Below are positions 43,985 to 56,607 of a stretch of 64,000 nt of DNA, one piece after another (the stretch's first letter is position 1; the number at the start of each line of letters is the position of its first letter). Source of the stretch: Chrysemys picta bellii. Its lineage: Eukaryota. The stretch covers positions 9,176,001 through 9,240,000 of the forward strand of contig NC_088810.1 in NCBI RefSeq assembly GCF_011386835.1. Direction: 5' to 3'. The notes under the pieces were generated by a model. It saw nothing but the letters and a program-made list of their open reading frames with translations. It searched no databases and was not told where the DNA came from. The position numbers were made by a program, and so were the translations under genes.

Positions 43985-46941
43985 CAGCCAAATGAAAGAG
44001 TCCCATTCAATTACATCACATAATGGCAGACAGCTAAAAAGGGACAATTTTAAAGTGCTTATATACACATGCTAGACGTCTAAATAATAAGTTGGGTGAA
44101 TTTGAGTGCCTCATATTAAGTGAGGATATTGATGTAATAGGCATTGCAGAAACTTGGTGGAATGAGAATAATCAGTGGGACAGTAATACCAGGGTACAAA
44201 ATATATTGGAAGGATAGAACAGGTGGTGCTGGTGGGGGAGTGGCACTAGATGTGAAAGAAAGCGTAGAGGGAAATAAAGTAAAAATCTTAAATGAATCAA
44301 ACTGCACCATAAAATCTCTATGGATAGAAATTCCATGCTTGAATGATACGACTATAGCAGTAGGGATATACTACTGACCACCTGACCAGGAGGGAGACAG
44401 TGACTGTGAAATGCTCGGAGATTAGAGAGGGTATAAAAATAAAAAAATCTGTTATAATGGGGGATTTCAACTATCCCCATATTGAGTGGGTACATGTCAC
44501 CTCAGAACGGGGTGAAGAGATGAAGTTTCTTGACACCTTAAATGAAGCTTCTTGGAGCAGCTGGTCCTAGAATCCACCAGAGGAGAGGCAATTCTTGATT
44601 TAGTCCTAAGTGGAGCACAGGATCTGGTCCAAGAGGTGAATAGAGCTGAACTGCTTGTTAATAATGACAATAACATCATCAAATTTAACATTCGGGTGGG
44701 TGGGAGGGGAGGACACAAACCACAACAGCCCACCATGGTAGCATTTAATTTCAGAAAGTGGAACTACACAGAAATGAGCAAGTTAGTTAGAAATTAAAAG
44801 GCAAACTGCAAGGAAACTTTTTAAAGACATCATAATAGAGGCTCAATTTAAATGTGTACCCCAAATAAAAAAACACAGTAAGAGAATCAAACAAATGCCA
44901 CCATGGCTAGACAACAAAGTAAAAGAGGGAGTTAGAGGCAAAAAGGCATCCTTTAAAAAGTGGAAGTTAAATCCTATTGAGGAAAATAGAAAGGAGCATA
45001 AACTCTGGCAAGTGAAGTGTAAAAATATCATTAGGAAGGTCAGAAAAGAATTTGAAGAACCGCTAGCCAAAGTCTTAAAAAGTAATAGTTTTTTTTTTAG
45101 TACACCGGAAGCAGGAAGCTGCTAAACAACCAGTGGAGTCACTGGATGATTGAGATGATAAGGGAGCACTCAAAGACGATAAGGCCATTGCGGAGAAACT
45201 CAGTGAATTCTTTGCATTGGTCTTCATGGCTGAGGGGATATGAGGGAAATTCCCAAACCTGAGCCATTCTTTTTAGGTGACAAATCTGAGGATGTCCCAG
45301 ATTGAGGTGTCATTAGAAGAGGTTTTGGAACAAATTGATAAATTAAACAGTAATAAGTCACCAGGATCAGATGGTATTCACCCAAGAGTTCTGAAGGAAC
45401 ATAAATGTGAAATTGCAAAACTATTAACTGCAGTCTGTAACCTATCATTTAAATCAGCTTCTGTACAAGATGACTGGATAATGTGACACAATTTTTTTTA
45501 AAAGGCTCCAGAGGTGATCAGACACATAGATGAACACGATTTATTGGGGAAGAGTCCAAATGTTTTTTCTAAAGGGAAATCATGCCTCACCAATCTACTA
45601 GAATTCTTTGAGGGGGTCAACAAGCATGTGGACAAGGGTGATCCAGTGGATATAGTGTACTTAGATTTTCAGAAAGCCTTTGACAAGTTCCCTCACCAAA
45701 GGCTCTTACACAAAGTAAGCTGTCATGGGATATGAGGGAAGGTCCTCTCATGGATTGGTAACTGGTTAAAAGATAGGAAACAAAAGGTAGGAATAAATGG
45801 TCAGTTTTCAGAATGGAGAGAGGTAAATAGCGGGGTCCCTCAGGGATCTGTACTGGGACTTGTGCTGTTCAATATATTCAGAAATGATCTAGAAAAAGGG
45901 GTAAACAGTGAGGTGGCAACATTTGCAGATGATACAAAATTACTCAAGATAGTTAAGTCCTAAGCAGAACTACCAAGAGCTACAAAAGGGATCTCACAAA
46001 ACTGGGTGACAGGGCAACAAAATGGCAGATGAAATTCAAAATGGCAGATGAAATTAAATGTTGATAAATGCAAAGTAATGCACATTGGAAAACATAATCC
46101 CAACTATACATATAAAATGATGGGGTCTAAATTAGCTGTTACTGCTCAAGGAAGAGATTTTGGCGTCACTGTGGATAGTTCTCTGAAAACGTCCACTCAA
46201 TGTGCAACAGCAGCCAAAAAAGCGAACAGAACGGTGGGAATCATTAAGAAAGGGATAAATAATAAGGCAGAAAATATCATATTGCCGCTATATAAATCCA
46301 TGGTACACCTACATCTTCAATACTGTGTAAAGATGTGGTTGCCCATCTCAAAAAAGATATATTGGAATTGGAAAAGGTACAGAGAAGGGCAAGAAAAATG
46401 ATTAGGGGTATGGAACAACTTCTATATGACGAGATTAAAAAGACTGGGATATTTCAGCTTGGAAAAGACAACCAAGGAGGGATATGATAGAGGTCTATAA
46501 GATCATGACTGGTGTGGAGAAAGTAAATAGGGAAGTGTTATTTACTCCTTCTCATAACACAAAAACTAGGGGGCACTAAATAAAATTAGTCAGCAGGTTT
46601 ATAATAAATATAGGGAAGTATTTCTTCACACAACGCACAGTCAACCTGTGGAACCCGTTGCCAGGGGATGTGGTGAAGGCCAAGACTATAACATGATTCC
46701 AAAAAGAACTAGATAAGTTCATGGAGGATAGGTCAATCAATGGCTATTAGCCAGGATGGGCAGGGATGGTGTCCCTAGCCTCTGTTTGCCAGAAACTGGG
46801 AATGGATGACAGGGGATGGATCCCTCAGTAATTGGTCTGTTCTGTTCCTTCTCTCTGGGGCACCTGGCACTGGCCACTGTCAGAAGACAGGATACTGGGC
46901 TAGATAGACCTTTGGTTTGACCCAGTCTGGCTGTTCTTATG
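43985..46941 (+). mobile_element. CR1 LINE, degraded ORF2 (endonuclease + reverse transcriptase) and 3-prime UTR
   Basis: Broken frames resembling [96 protein letters not shown]; tail gttcttatg; many stops and frameshifts. Confidence 0.96.
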
Positions 46942-47053
46942 CTCTCTCCCTGGATTTGGTTCTTGCATGTGAAAGTTCTGGAGTCTAAGAATTAAACAGT
47001 GGGATGCTGCAATCTCCCAGTGAGATCTGACCGGTCTCGGTGTATGCCAGGAA

Positions 47054-48140
47054 TGTAACACTGAGCTCCTGGCATTTGGCCTGCCCCTGGGCTGAGCCGA
47101 TTCTTCCCCTTTACCTAGGGGCCCTTGCCTGAGTCTTTCCCCAGCGGGGTTCCCTGTCTCTGGCCAGCCCCATCCCATCAACTTCGTTCTCTGCCTCTGC
47201 TCTTCTCCAAGCAGCTCCCAATTCCTGCCCTGTCTCCAGCCTCGTGTGACACCCCCAGGAATGCTCTGTTCCTGCTTCCCATTCTTTGTCCTTCCCAGCT
47301 GCTGCCTGGCTCTTGGCAGAGCCCAGGTGCCCTCTCTCAGGCCCCACTGGAGGCAGCTAATGAGTCACAGGGGATCTGGACCCATTCCCTCTTAGTGGGG
47401 CCCCCTGTGACATCCTCCCTCGTGGGAGGAGCTCCCTGTAAAAATCCGCAAGCCTACCTGTACAGGGGTCCACTCACCACAGCTGCGCTTCCTTGTGGCT
47501 GGGTCTGGGAACTGGCTTTTGGCCGGCCTCCCCTTTCCCTCGGTTGCTTGCGCAGAGGCCCCTCTCTCTCCGTGACTCAGGGTGCTCCCTCTTCATGACT
47601 CAGGCCACTTTGCCGGTGGCCAGACGGGAAACCCAGGCCCTCCCTCTACACTGCTGGAAGCCCAGGGACCCTGTACCCAGCAGCCCAGGTCGGCACAGTC
47701 ACACCCCTTGCTGCTGTTTCCCTGGGCTACTTCCTACCTACCTAGCAGGCTCTCTTGGGCTTTCTTCCCCATAACGTCTCTGGGCTGACGCTTCTTTCAG
47801 GGCTAGGATCCCAGGGCTCATTCTCCCTGGGTTCCCTCTACACGACCTCTCTGCTCCCAGAGCGTGGCTGCCCTGCAGCCCTCCTGTTTTTTGATGCAGC
47901 AGCCTCATCCCACGAGGCTATGACCGCCCCTTTCTACATTCAGTTTTAGCCAGGAGCTTGGGTTTTTTTATATCCTTTCACTCAGCCTAGTAATTTCCCT
48001 GACATTCTTGCCAGTCCCTTTAAGAAAAACCTTTGGATTTCCGGTGTGACACTCTGTACCTCAAAGTAGTATCCTGGCTGGTGGGTTTGGAGGGCTCAGT
48101 GGTCACACAGTCCAGGTTGCACCCCAGGACCCCCATCACA
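47054..48140 (-). mobile_element. Solo LTR-like element (TG...CA)
   Basis: Termini TGTAACA ... ATCACA; the reverse strand starts tgtgatgggggtcctggggtgcaacctgg, a common turtle LTR-like start as I recall. No TSD recognised. Confidence 0.6.
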
Positions 48141-48845
48141 CTTGGCCGACTCAGTTTTTCACAAAGCGACTTTCTTTCCATCGACTATGGCCCCCCAATG
48201 CCATAGAATGTGATCAACTGTTTCTTTGGTTCTGGGCACGTTACTCAGCCTGTTTTTTTGTCGTTTTCATCAGTTTAGCTTCTCATTTAAGGCACAATGG
48301 CCTGTTGATGCCCTAAAAATGGCAACTTCACTTTTTCGGTCAAGACTGCGGAGTGTAGCATTATCTGCCATTTTTCTGTGCACCCATCGTAGACCCTGTG
48401 GCTCCACCCTGGCATGTAAGGGGTTAATAGAGGCCTCGGGAATCTATCTCCGCACATGCAGATTTGTGGCAAAACTTCAGTGCTCTGGTCAGATCCCAGC
48501 TGGGGTCAATTGGCCTTCGCTCCATTGGGGTCAATGGGGAGCTTCCAATCTGAAAGTCAGGAAACAGGCTCCACAGCTTTTAATCTGGCCAGACAACAAG
48601 GGGACCCTGAAGGGACACGAATCCTACTGCAGGGCTCACCCCAGGCACGGCTGAGCACCCCGACCACCGGTGAAATCGGGGGGAGATGCGGGAGCCCATC
48701 TCCCACCTGGAGACGTTGGGAGCCCTCAGAACGGTTAGGCCAGCTGGTGTCGGTGCACTGGCTGGTCTCATTCATGCCCGGGTCTAGCCCACGAGTCTGG
48801 TGTTTGTCTTGCAGATGAACGTTGGTTCGCTCCTCTTCCCAGTCC

Positions 48846-51800
48846 ATGCTGCTTCCCCTCTTGATTCTCCACTTTGCCGTGGCAGGTGAGTGACGTCGGG
48901 GCCCCAGTAATGGGGGGAGAGTGGCGTGTTTATACAGAGAGAGATTGTGGAGCTTGGGGAATGGGACAGTCTCTCGCTGTGTCTGTGCAGTGCCTGGCAA
49001 GATGGGGCCCAGATCTCACTTAATAAATTACATCCATAATGCTACATTAGAGAACATGGTTAAGTTTGCAAAGTCGCACTCAAGGGGTATGAAATGCCAG
49101 AGTTAAGGTCACCCCGTGCAGCCATATCTCTGCCCCTTTGTGCATCTGAATCATGACACAGCCTTTAATGGCAGGATAAAGCACTGACACCGGCCCCCTG
49201 CCTCATTCCACGCACACGGTGACATGCTCACTTAATGGGCAGCTATTCAATACTTGGTTTAATCTTCCCTGGGCCAGGTGTGGCCCCAGGCCCGTTCCAC
49301 TGCCGGCGACGCAAACCGTGCTCTGGAGACAGGATTGTTTACTTCCTCGTGGGCTTTTCTGTGGCGTTTCCTCACTGTAGCATCTCATTCCTTCGTTCAC
49401 TGCATCTTCCCAACACCCCAGCAAGGTGCGGGGGTGGTGTCATTATCTGCATTTTACAGCTCAGGCCCTGGGAGATCAAGGTGCACCGCTTTGGGGCCCT
49501 CGTGTGAGACGCGGGGAGCTGAGCTTGCAGAGTACTTTGCATTGCCGTTTTGGCCTGAGTGGCAAAAGGCAGAACTGCAGCACTTCTCAGGCAGAATGTA
49601 TGTTTTTTTGGGGGGGGGGGGGGGGAATTCTGTACGTGTGCAGTGGTGTAGAATTCCCCCAGGACTAACCATAGCAGGGTTTGATTGCTCCTTCCACTGA
49701 GCCTGAAGTAGGGAGCTTGGGGCAGCCACTGGCTTTAACCAGTGATTATCTTTGGATCAAATATTCCACTGAGAGCAGCTGTCAGCACGTTCCACATAAC
49801 AATATGTTCAAAGCACAGGTCCTGTTGACTTCAATTGCAGCTGTGAGCTCTCAGCCCTTCTACAGATCAGGCCCCAGGCTCTCAAGTCAGGCATACAGAA
49901 AATCAGGAATGTGCAGTTATTTTCCAGCTGTGAAAATTTTGGTATAAGTGACATGCCCAGCATCACAGAGGAACTCGGTGGCAGAGGCAGGGATAGACTG
50001 CAGCTCTCTAGGGCAGCAACCAAACCATGAGACCCTCTTCCTGCAGTCTCCTACCCTGTTCATTAAACACCTCCCAAATTCTTCAAAAAAATGAGGCAGG
50101 GGTGCTAGAGGTGAGTCTCCTTCACTACACACCTGATTGATCCCCAGAGCAGGTCTCTCCCATGCATTGAATGAGGGGCAGCCAGCACCGCAGACCTTCC
50201 ATTGCTTTGTGTTCCAGCCCCGTACTCGGAGGCCTGACTGGAGGTTAGTGTGAACAGCTGGGTGACCCTGACCTGCTCCGCCAGGGGCGGGTACCCTGAG
50301 GCCTCCATGCTCTGGCTGGGCGGAGCTGGGAACAACATGCTGGTGGAGAGCGACACCAGCCTGTGGAGAGACCCCAGGGGTCTCTGTGATGTGAGCAGAC
50401 GAATCCTCCTGCCCAGGGCAGGGGGCAACAACTACACCTGGGGCTCTGGGGAAAAAACAGCATGTGATTAAAGATTATCTAATAAAAGGACAGAGTTAAG
50501 GTTACACGGGCAACCTTAATGCAGGCATTTCCTAACTTCTGAGTGCTGAACTTTGCATCCGTAACATCTTTGAATGTAGCTGTTTTGTGTGTAATAATAG
50601 TCACTGGTGAAAAAAGCACAAGGAGGTTTGGAAGGGGTCTAGCAGTTCAGCTTCACGGCATCTCACCAGCCACTCACAGATTGGGGTCAGGAAGGAAATT
50701 CCTCCTCTGAGCAAGTAATAACCGCCCACTGCAGAGTCATATGCCTCCTCTGAAGCATGGGTTTGGGATGTCGGTCTATATGGCCCTTGGGTCTGCACCA
50801 ATCCAGGCTTCTCATCATGCAGCGCCCCCTGCTGCGAGAGGCCAGGATTGGAGTAACTTGTATTTGTCACACACACACACAAGGAACCCACTGACTCCTG
50901 TGCTTTTTGCTCTGCACAGAAACCTCAGCACCAGATGTTGTAGCTCAGTTTGGGGGGGACGTCACCCTGAGCTGCCTCTTCCCGTCCCCGCCTGGGATGA
51001 ACCTCCAGCGCCTGACCCTCACCTGGCAGAAGGAACGGGCGGGGGCAGAGGACCTGGTAGTTCATAGTTACTATTACGGGAAGGAGCAGCTGGAGAGACA
51101 GGACGAGGCTTATAGGAACCGGACTCGGCTGGATCCAGAGGGGCTGGCCCAGGGGAATGCATCCGTGACACTGAGGGGCGTCCGCATCCAGGACGAGGGC
51201 GTCTATCTCTGCCACATCACCGCGGAGCAGGGCAAGATTTCAGAAAGGAGACAGGTTAAAGTGATGGGTAAGCAGGCCCCTCCTGGGGAGTGTGAGGCGC
51301 CATCCTGGCCCTGTTAAAATCAGTGGCCAAACTGCTGTGACTCCCCTGGGGCCGGGCAGCCAGCGCCACAGACCTTCCATTGCTTTGTGTTCCAGCCCCG
51401 TACTCGGAGGCCCGACTGGAGGTTAGCGTGAGCAGCCAGTTGACCCTGACCTGCTGTGCGGAGGGCGGGTACCCCGAGGCCTCCGTGCTGTGGCTGGACG
51501 GAGCCGGGAACAACGTGACGGCGGAGAGCGACACCAGGCTGCAGAGAGACCCCAGGGGGCTCTGTGATGTGAGCAGCCGAATCCTCCTGCCCAGGGGAGA
51601 AAGCGGCAACTACACCTGCCTCCTGGAGAGCCCCGGACAGCCCCACATCATCCGACACCTGAGCGTCTCCTGCAGCCCAGGTACCCGGGCCGGAGAGGGC
51701 CCCGGTGCACGCGCCGATGGGTTCGCTCAGACCTGCTGACTGCCTGTCATGTGTGGCTTTTTGGCCCCTCCTCCAGGGGATCCTCCCTCCCCTGTGCTCT

Positions 51801-52225
51801 ATGGCGAAATCCCCATCTGATTGGCCGCCTTCCTCACTCCTCCCCCCCTTGGGGGGGAAGGGCAGCCAATCGGAGCTGCCTGATCCCTCCACATATTCTT
51901 AGGCCAGAAGGGATCCTGTGAGCACCTAGTGCGACCCCTGCAGTCCCCCGGCCATGGGACTGCCCTGAATTAATTCCTGTTTGAACCAGGGCAGCAGGCA
52001 GAGGTGGGGTGGGGGGCAGTGGGTGGGCCCAAAGCAGAGGTGGGGGGGAGCACAAGCCACAGATCTCCCAGCTCATCCGCATGTTCTCTTTCTACAGATA
52101 ACTGTACTAACAACCCGTGCCTGCTTATCGCCCTGCCCCTGACAGTGCTGCTGGGTGTACTGGGAACTGCCTGGTGCTTCCTAAGGCGTCGGTTCTCGCG
52201 GTGTTCGGCTGCAAACATAGTGTGA
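48846..52225 (+). CDS. B7/CD276-like type I membrane protein copy 2 (signal-IgV-IgC-TM-short tail), 266 aa
   Basis: join(48846..48885,50920..51267,51396..51680,52098..52225) = 801 nt, GT-AG, all phase 1. Leader MLLPLLILHFAVA; IgV DVTLSC..W..YRNRT..GNASVTL..DEGVYLC; IgC APYSE..LTC..GGYPEASVLW..NYTC; TM LLIALPLTVLLGVLGTAWCFL; stop-transfer RRR; tail FSRCSAANIV*. Confidence 0.88.
50218..50440 (+). pseudogene. Truncated duplicate of the copy-2 IgC exon (pseudo-exon)
   Basis: Block 50176-50440 closely matches 51354-51618. CGA to TGA stop at 50235-37; breaks off inside the second Cys codon. Confidence 0.9.
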
Positions 52226-54265
52226 CCCACGTAATGTGAGCTGCTTCTCTGTGTCTCTGTCCCCTCTCTGTCCGGGTGTACGTCCTTTGAGGCAGGGCCT
52301 GTCTCTCGTAACAGGACGCTTGTGCGAGGCTGTAGAGAAACAACAGTCCTTAATAGAGACCGAGGCTCTGGTTCAGTGTGTGTTAGGTGTCATCTAGTGA
52401 TAGTCCCTATAATAACCTACTACAGCTGCGGAGTGACTGCCTTATTTTCTTACATGGACTGAAGTGCTAATTGGACTGACTGCTTTAGCGCCACACACAG
52501 GAAAACAGCCTTCTACCGTTGCCAGCTAGTGGAGTGACTCCTTTAGCTCCACCTAGAATATAAGCATGCTAGCTAGACGTCAGTGAGCCCCTCTGAAATC
52601 CCGGGTGCCTTTGTCTCTTTGAAAGACGCATTTTCTTTCTGCTCAGATAAATCCAGAGCTGCTAAAATCCATCTGCGGGGAGCGCTCAGGTTTTGCTCCG
52701 TGTGTTGGGCGGCTGTATGACTTGATGAGCCTGCACACATCCCAGCAGCCACAGTTCTTTGGCAAGTGTCCTGTTCATGTCGGACGTCTTCCAGGATAGT
52801 CCTGGCTTCCTAACTCCCAGCAAGGCGGGTACGATGCCTCCCATGTAACAAGGGTCACGCACACACGCACACACACACACACACACACACGCAAGTGCGC
52901 AAAACGTTTCAGCCAAAACTTTTTTTCCAGTGAAACCCGCGGCTTCAGCAGCTGTCCGAGGTTTTGTGAACTCCGGCCGGTTTTGCTGACTTGTTTGTTT
53001 CAGGAAGAAACATAAAAAAATGGAAATGTCCCCGTCTTTTTGGTTCACAACAACTTTCCCTTTCAAACCTTCCTTGTAGAAAACCCAGGTCCAAAACCAG
53101 CCCCAAGGAAACACTTTGAGTTTGTCTGAAGGTTTTAGATGCCAACACTATTTTTTTTTTTTACTTGTTGCAGAAAATTTCAAAACTGTTCGGTTCCCCC
53201 CCAAACTTGTCGAAATCGCCAAAGAACCAAAAAACCCGTTATTTGTCCAGCTCTGCCTCTGTATGGGCCGCTTAACCCTTAGCGCACCGGGGAATATTGT
53301 ACCAAGCCCTGGTGAGCTGCACTGAGGACCGGAAGCCAGCTGGCCCTGTGCTGCGCTCTCGATCTCTCTTAGCGATGGAGCAGGGCTGTCTGTTAGGAAG
53401 GAGATTGCGTGGGTCCCGTCTGCAGTTGCTCTGCAGCCATTTTATGCAAGCTGAGCTGCTGCCCGTGTCCGCTCCCCTGGGGACTACCCTGATCTGCACC
53501 AGCCGTGCACCCTCCACCGGTGTAGGGAGCAAGGGGATATGAGGGGCTTTGCATGGCAGGGCAGAGGCGGGAAGGGGTGTGACCAGGGTGATTCTGCTCC
53601 CCTGCAAAGCCTCATAGGACCTGCTGAAGTAGGGAAGGGCAACTTAGAGCAGACTTCGCGGTTGCTGTAGTCTGCAACAGGGTTACCCCTGCTCTGGGGC
53701 CCTGCAGTGGGGTGAAGCTGGTGTCCCTAGAGGCGTCAGAGTGGATGTGATGGTGGTGACGCTGGAGGTAGGATTAGAAATTCAACCCTCTCTGCTAAAT
53801 GGGACTGAGCCCCCCATCTTGGCCCAAAGAGACACTTTGCCCCCCGGCTATTCCCTTCACATCACTTTAATACCTAGATCTTTTGTGGTTTCTCTTGAAC
53901 AGGGTCGTTTCTGTGCCCCGGAGCTGTTTTGATCCCTGCGGGTGCCCCCAGCGACGTGGCAGCTAATGGAAACTAAAGTGCAGGGACGTTACAATAAATG
54001 GACGTGTTTTCAGTGTAAAGCGACGTCTCTTCTTCACTGTGTGCGCTGACACAAATCCACAACCCCAGGCAGGCTCGACGTTGGGCCGCTGTAAATCTGC
54101 ACGGCCCACCCGGCTGCAGCGAGTGACGGCAGCTGGGGATCTGCCCCCATTGGCTCCAGGGGAACGATGGCCGATCGAGGCCCACTGGGATCTGGCTCTG
54201 TTGAGTATATAAATCACACACGCAGGAGGAGGTGGGACTAGTACTTGGTCCTTCAGCTTCATATG

Positions 54266-55367
54266 CTAAGGATTCTTGCCGGCAAGTTAAAGGAGTATGG
54301 GCTGGATGAATGGACTGTAAGGTGGATAGAAAGCTGGCTAGTTCGTCGGGCTCAATGGGTAGTGATCAATGGCTCCATGTCTAGTTGGCAGCCGGTTTCA
54401 AGCAGAGTGCCCCAAGGGTCGGTCCTGGGGCCGGTTTTGTTCAATATCTTCATTAATGATCTGGAGAATAGCGTGGACTGCACTCTCAGCAGGTTTGCAG
54501 ATGACATTAAACTAGGAGGAGTGGTAGATATGCTGGAGGGTAGGGATAGGATACAGAGGGACCTAGACAAATTAGAGGATTGGGACAAACGAAACCTGAT
54601 GCGCTTCAACAAGGACAACTGCACTGAGGACGGAAGAATCCCATGCACTGCTACAGACTAGGGACCGAATGGCTAGGGAGCAGTTTTGTAGAAAAGGACC
54701 TAGGGGTTACAGTGGATGAGAAGCTGGATATGAGTCGATAGTGTGCCCTTGTTGCCAAGAAGGCTAATGGCATTTTGGGCTGTATAAGTAGGGGCATTGC
54801 CAGCAGAGCGAGGGACGTGATCGTTCTCCTCTATTTGACATTGGTGAGGCTTCATCTGGAGTACTGTGTCCAGTTTTGGGCCCCACATTACAAGAAGGAT
54901 GTGGAAAAATTGGAAAGAGTCCAGCGGAGGGCAACAAAAGTGATTAGGGGGCTGGAGCACATGACTTATGAGGAGAGGCTGAGGGAACTGGGATTGTTTA
55001 GTCTGCAGAAGAGAAGAATGAGGGGGGATTTGATAGCTGCTTTCAACTACCTGAAAGGGGGTTCCAAAGAGGATGGATCTAGACTGTTCTCAGTGGTACC
55101 AGATGACAGAACAAGGAGCAATGGTCTCAAGTTGCAATGGGGGAGGTTTAGGTTGTATATTAGGAAAAACTTGTTCACTAGGTGGGTGGTGAAGCATTGG
55201 AATGGGTTACCTAGGGAGGTGGTGGAATCTCCTTCCTTAGAGATTTTTAAGGTCAGGGTTGACAAAGCCCTGGCTGGGATGATTTAATTGGTGTTGGTCC
55301 TGCTTTGAGCAGGGGGTTGGACTAGATACCTCCTGAGGTCCCTTCCAACCCTGGTATTCTATGATTC
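54266..55367 (+). mobile_element. CR1 LINE 3-prime 1.1 kb (RT C-terminus)
   Basis: [21 protein letters not shown]...FADDIKLGG; [33 protein letters not shown]...; tail tattctatgattc. Confidence 0.96.
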
Positions 55368-55629
55368 GACCTCGGGAGCTGACAGGGAACTCCCTCAGCT
55401 GGTACTAGTAGTAGTACACTTATAGTCTCTGAGGAGCAGCCAGTGGAGGTCAGTATGGTCACTACACACAGAGCAGCTCTGACCAGAGAGCACTGGGTGT
55501 GTGTCTGTGTCACAGACACGGGGTTATGTAGGGTGGAGCCATTGGGTCTCTGAGACACCTCCCATAGGATCAGGGATTCACCTGCCCGTCTCGCAGCTGG
55601 GCCTGCTGGGGAGCTGGGTGATGCCTGAT

Positions 55630-56607
55630 TGTCACGGTTCTGGGCAACTGCCCCCGTATCTCCCCTCACTGATCCAGCAGGGCCCCTCCCCACTCAGCTC
55701 CCAGCTCCCGCCTTTCTGCCTGGAGACCCGCGTCTCTCTCCCTTCGGAGTGGGGGAGTCCTGGGCTGTACCATTTCCCAGCACAGACAGGCTGCCTGGGG
55801 CAGGATTCTTGGGGGACTCGACCCCCAACCTTGTCATGGTCACGTAGGACAGGGACTAGGGTGTCCCCATTCCAGGGTGCTCTCTCTGCTCTGACACTTC
55901 CCTGACCCATTGATCGTTACGTACAGTTCAAAGCAAATACAATTTATGAAACAGCAACCAATTAAAAAATTAAGGAAAAAATGGGAAGGTGAAAGGAAAA
56001 CCCGTCACCCTGCTCTGTGGCATGGGGACATCACAATCAGCATCTCTGGGATGTAAGGAAAGTTCCCAGGCCACGTCCCAGGCCTCCTGCCCAGGCCCTG
56101 GCTGTGCTGATGCTGTGAGCCAGACACTTGCTCTGGCAGTGGCCACACGCCCTCAAGCTCTCGGTGGTAGGACCCTTCTGTCCAGTGTCGCCCCCCCATC
56201 GGGGTTATGATCCCCCTCCAAGTCTGACCTGCCAGACCCCTTGGCTGGGGCAGCTCCCTGTGCTGGGCCCACTGCCCAGGGTCCCCCCTCGCTCTCGCCA
56301 ACTGCTTACTGCACCCGGCTCTGGACTGCTCCAGCCCCAGCCCCAGCCCCACCCTGCCTCCAGCCCGGCTCGCTGGGCTGATCCTCTGTCCCTCTGGCTG
56401 CTGTTCTCCTTAGCTCAGCCCCTCTCGCCAGGCACCTCAGGCTCACAGGCTGGCCTGGAGCATTGGCCTCTCCCCATTGGCCCCGGGGACTGTCACTCTC
56501 AGGGTCCTGATTTCTCATTCCCCTTTCTTTTGGTGCTGGGAGAGGGCCAACCAATTCCCCACCCCTCCACCCCCAAGGGTCAGTGAAGAGCCAACAGCCC
56601 CCTGACA
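55630..56607. mobile_element. Solo LTR-like element
   Basis: Inverted termini TGTCA ... TGACA around about 980 bp of non-coding sequence. No TSD recognised. Confidence 0.6.

Noticed and set aside
44116-46401. Active CR1 ORF2
   Set aside because: Fragmented by many stops, frameshifts and an internal deletion; ORF1 not seen.
36439-52225. Calling the B7-like genes CD276 or VTCN1
   Set aside because: Family-level similarity only. Neighbours do not match the loci I recall for those genes, and the tails differ.
39445-56607. Missing TSDs on three LTR-like elements as evidence of ectopic recombination
   Set aside because: My boundaries may be off by a few bases and short TSDs decay; not supportable without family consensus sequences.
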